A program made the translations under genes and the position numbers. From NCBI RefSeq assembly GCF_001194135.2, contig NC_068989.1:37390483-37427148 (forward strand): a DNA stretch of 36,666 nucleotides, written 5' to 3'. Below, one piece after another: positions 33,712 to 36,666 of the stretch. Numbering within the stretch: position 1 is the stretch's first letter; every line of letters starts with the position of its first letter. Source of the stretch: Octopus bimaculoides. Taxonomy: Eukaryota. The notes under the pieces are model-generated. The model saw only the letters and a program-made list of their open reading frames with translations, was not told where the DNA came from and searched no databases.

Positions 33712-33855
33712 GTGTAGGCATAAGCGTGGGCAAGAAGATTGCTACCCAAAATTGTGGTTCGTCTAGTAGTGGGCAATTGTAATCTATTATAGCCCTTTTC
33801 CGACCAAAGCATTCAGACTGGATTTGGGAAACAGAGACTAAAAGAATTCTCTTTC
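33712..33855 (+). mobile_element. SINE family B head, degenerate
   Basis: GTGTAGGCATAAGCGTGGGCAAGAAGATTGCT...CTATTATAGCC...CCGACCAAAGC...GGATTTGG. Confidence 0.55.
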
Positions 33856-34127
33856 TCACACACACACATACCCTCCTCACACACACCCATGCACACACAC
33901 ATATAGTCAACAGATAAGATCCAGAGATTCTCATTATAGAAAACACTTTGTAGCACTGAAATGATTCGAACTTGTCTTTACGAGAGACCAATCCCACAGG
34001 GGAAAGAGTGACTATAAGAGGAATCAAGGTGAGCAGATATGGAGGTAACTATGCGGATAAACAAATCAAATATAACAGCTTGAGTTTGATATACAAAATA
34101 AAAATCTATATGTATACATGTATAGAA

Positions 34128-34318
34128 AAAGAAAGTAAAGACTGAAGGCTTTCAAACGATGGTTAAAATATCAAACTTACACCGTATACAAACAAAGGAG
34201 AAAGTTAAGGGGGAATAATCTTCTCTGTAGTTTGTACTCTGTGTAAGTTTGATCTATTAATATAAATATTTATATATTTATACTTAAATGTTCATCGACT
34301 TCCGTCTTTGCTTTCTTT
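34128..34318. repeat. Nested inverted repeat (foldback, ~190 bp)
   Basis: Outer arms 34128-34147/34299-34318 (18/20), inner arms 34170-34182/34241-34253 (13/13), then TACAAAC/GTTTGTA. Confidence 0.75.
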
Positions 34319-34396
34319 GTGTTTGCATGTATACAAATAAATATATTTTGTCCATCAAACCCAAGCAGTTATATTTATTTTGTTTATCTGCATAAT

Positions 34397-34449
<53 letters not shown>

Positions 34450-34983
34450 TGCTCTCGGGCTCTCTTTCTCTCAGTATATATATATACACACATTATATAT
34501 GTATATATATGTATGTACATATGCATGTATGTATGTATGTATGTATGTATGCATATACCAACGCCCCTTCAGCATCGACACGCCCTGATAAGCTCAGAGA
34601 CTACTACTAAATTCAGGCTACGACAGACAGATAAGATGTTCTTGAAGCCAAGGATTTTAAACTTCCGGAGACAATATTTACATATCGCCTGTAGAAACAC
34701 AACTAGATCTCATAATGCAGGGAAACAGTTGCATAATCAAATACCTGCACACCTGGAGAACTGCGTTGCGTAGAAACAATTGTAGTAATTAAAAAAAAAT
34801 AAATGTCTAACCGTGCCTCTTGTTATTGACCCCATTTTTTCAATTATCTATTCACACGCGACAGATGTCCAAACGCAAACCTGGACGTACGTATAATACT
34901 ACAACTGGATAGCACAGGGTGAAATCTGAAGGTGGACGAGCTTTATACTGTACTCCACTACGTTCTTAACAGTATATACATTA

Positions 34984-35016
<33 letters not shown>

Positions 35017-35026
35017 NNNNNNNNNN

Positions 35027-35480
35027 TAGAAGTACAAAGTACATAAGGAATTAGAGGATGAACAGAAGTTTAATCTTACAGCTGTTTCGGCCTAGTTTAG
35101 CAAGCCCCATTCTATCCGAATATTCCTTTCCGGAGTGATTATCGGATGACATTTTGAAATGGGGCTACATGCCCGAACCTCTAGGCCTCTTCAGAGATTC
35201 ACAAAGGGTTTCATACAAATGTAGAGCAAGAGGTAAAAACAGAGGTGTGGTAGAGACCAGAAGAAAAACAACAGCAAAAATAAGATAGAAATAAAAATTA
35301 AAAATAAAATTAAAATCAAAATATAAATAAAAATAAAAATAAGGGTACAACAGGAAAAAAAAATAAAGAATACGTAAATGAAAAATGAAGGTATAGTATG
35401 TGGGACATGCAAAAATATAAAAAAGATATATGTCAAAAAACCCTTAAAAATACAAGGCACCCAAAAAGCCTACAAACATT
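35027..35480 (-). mobile_element. Probable Penelope-like element terminal (pLTR) remnant hosting the ribozyme
   Basis: The minimal-stem-III hammerhead and the T-rich upstream tract on the minus strand are typical of PLE termini; no RT or GIY-YIG ORF is visible. Confidence 0.45.
35072..35199 (-). ncRNA. Type I hammerhead ribozyme (Penelope/retrozyme type) with an extended stem II
   Basis: AAUCU CUGAAGA GGCCUAG [85 nt] CUAGGCC GAAAC AGCU GUA^AGAUU. The core is exact, with a 5-bp stem I, a 7-bp stem II starting G10.1-C11.1, a short stem III with palindromic loop AGCU, and a GUA cleavage triplet. Confidence 0.85.
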
Positions 35481-36354
35481 ATAGATAGGTAGCTATAGGC
35501 ACTCCAATGCATATATATATATGTGGGTTCGTGTGCACAGCCTTACTCGGATGTCCCCTTACTCTCATGTGTGCATATACAAGTTTTTATAAGCAAACAT
35601 TCCACCACATACGTTGTCTGTGGCATCAGCTCTATTAGCCGTATCTAGAAAGCTGTAAGTGTTTTTTAGAAATGAAGTTTTGTTGAGTGTGTGTGTGTCA
35701 TTCCTGTATATATTGGAAGGTTCTATGTAGAAGTTCATTTTATACAAGTTATTAATGTTCTAGTAGCAATAACATTTGATGGTGACGATGATGGTGACAA
35801 CAACAACAATAATATGCCAAACTTTCAAACTTAGCGGTGTAAGATATCCTGTTGCCTCTTCCAACGGCTCTACCATTCTGCTGCTAATGGGGGAGGGTTA
35901 ATTACTACCGTTAACTTCCTCCTTCCAATTGGGCAACTATTGTTTTAAACTGCCTACGCTTAGCTACGGTTGGATAGCCACTGGCCGGTCGAGATGCTAG
36001 CCTGCCTGCGCAACCGCCTACACACACGCGTGCTATGTAAATCTCCCCGTACTCACGCTCATGCGTGCGTGTATGTATATACACATGTATGCGCGCAGCC
36101 ACACATCTCTTAATTCTACTATATACTCACGGTGAGGAGGTAAAGTTCCCAATGTAATGGAAATAGAGTTAAATTGGTAGACTTTCAAGAAGACTACACG
36201 CCGATAGCCACAACAGTAACAATGAGGATAAATACATTCTCATCTATACATATCCAGATATACATCTTTATACACATTATGTCCCCTCACGTATACCCAT
36301 TCTTATTCATACATACACAACTTTGTGGCCAACTATCATTACATCCGTATGTAC

Positions 36355-36620
36355 ACAACTACATACCTACCTACATACTCACCTATACATATACACATAC
36401 ATAAATACACACACACACACAAATGGATGTACACACACACATACTTATACATGTATACACACACACATATACATATATCCACACATATACATACACATAT
36501 ATACACATATATATATATATACATATATATACATGCACATATACATATACATACATCCATATAGATATCCACATCCACATACGCACATGCACGTACATAC
36601 ATCCACGCATGCACTCACAA
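36355..36620. repeat. Degenerate (CA)/(TA)/(CATA) microsatellite
   Basis: Direct reading. Confidence 0.9.
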
Positions 36621-36666
36621 GCAAATAGATATGCATGTGCATCCATACAGGAGGAGTATCTCTAGT

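Noticed and set aside
34585-34605. CTGATAAG-CTC-A-GAG-AC, a possible further hammerhead
   Set aside because: Both core boxes are mutated and no stem I or III can be built.

Overview
AT-rich, microsatellite-dense eukaryotic DNA from a gapped assembly with 7 N-gaps. The SINE families and repeat style suggest a coleoid cephalopod, probably Octopus (inference). No host protein-coding gene can be called with confidence, so the window looks intronic or intergenic. It is dominated by mobile-element debris: about 15 copies of one tRNA-derived SINE, several copies of a second SINE, three different Tc1/mariner elements, an RTE-type LINE 3' end, foldback/MITE-like elements and local tandem duplications. 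The most notable observation is a structurally complete type I hammerhead ribozyme of the Penelope/retrozyme kind at 35072-35199 (-), whose stem II carries an 85-nt nested hairpin; two further hammerhead-like motifs lie at 1652-1697 and 19390-19516. Other notable items are a mariner derivative with two inverted 3' ends (32745-33636), a 15-bp-period array that reads as serial N-x-T sequons (8454-8730), a perfect 25-bp hairpin made inside a SINE, and an unexplained ~130-codon non-repetitive ORF at 31.3-31.7 kb. All alignments were done by eye, so identities are approximate.
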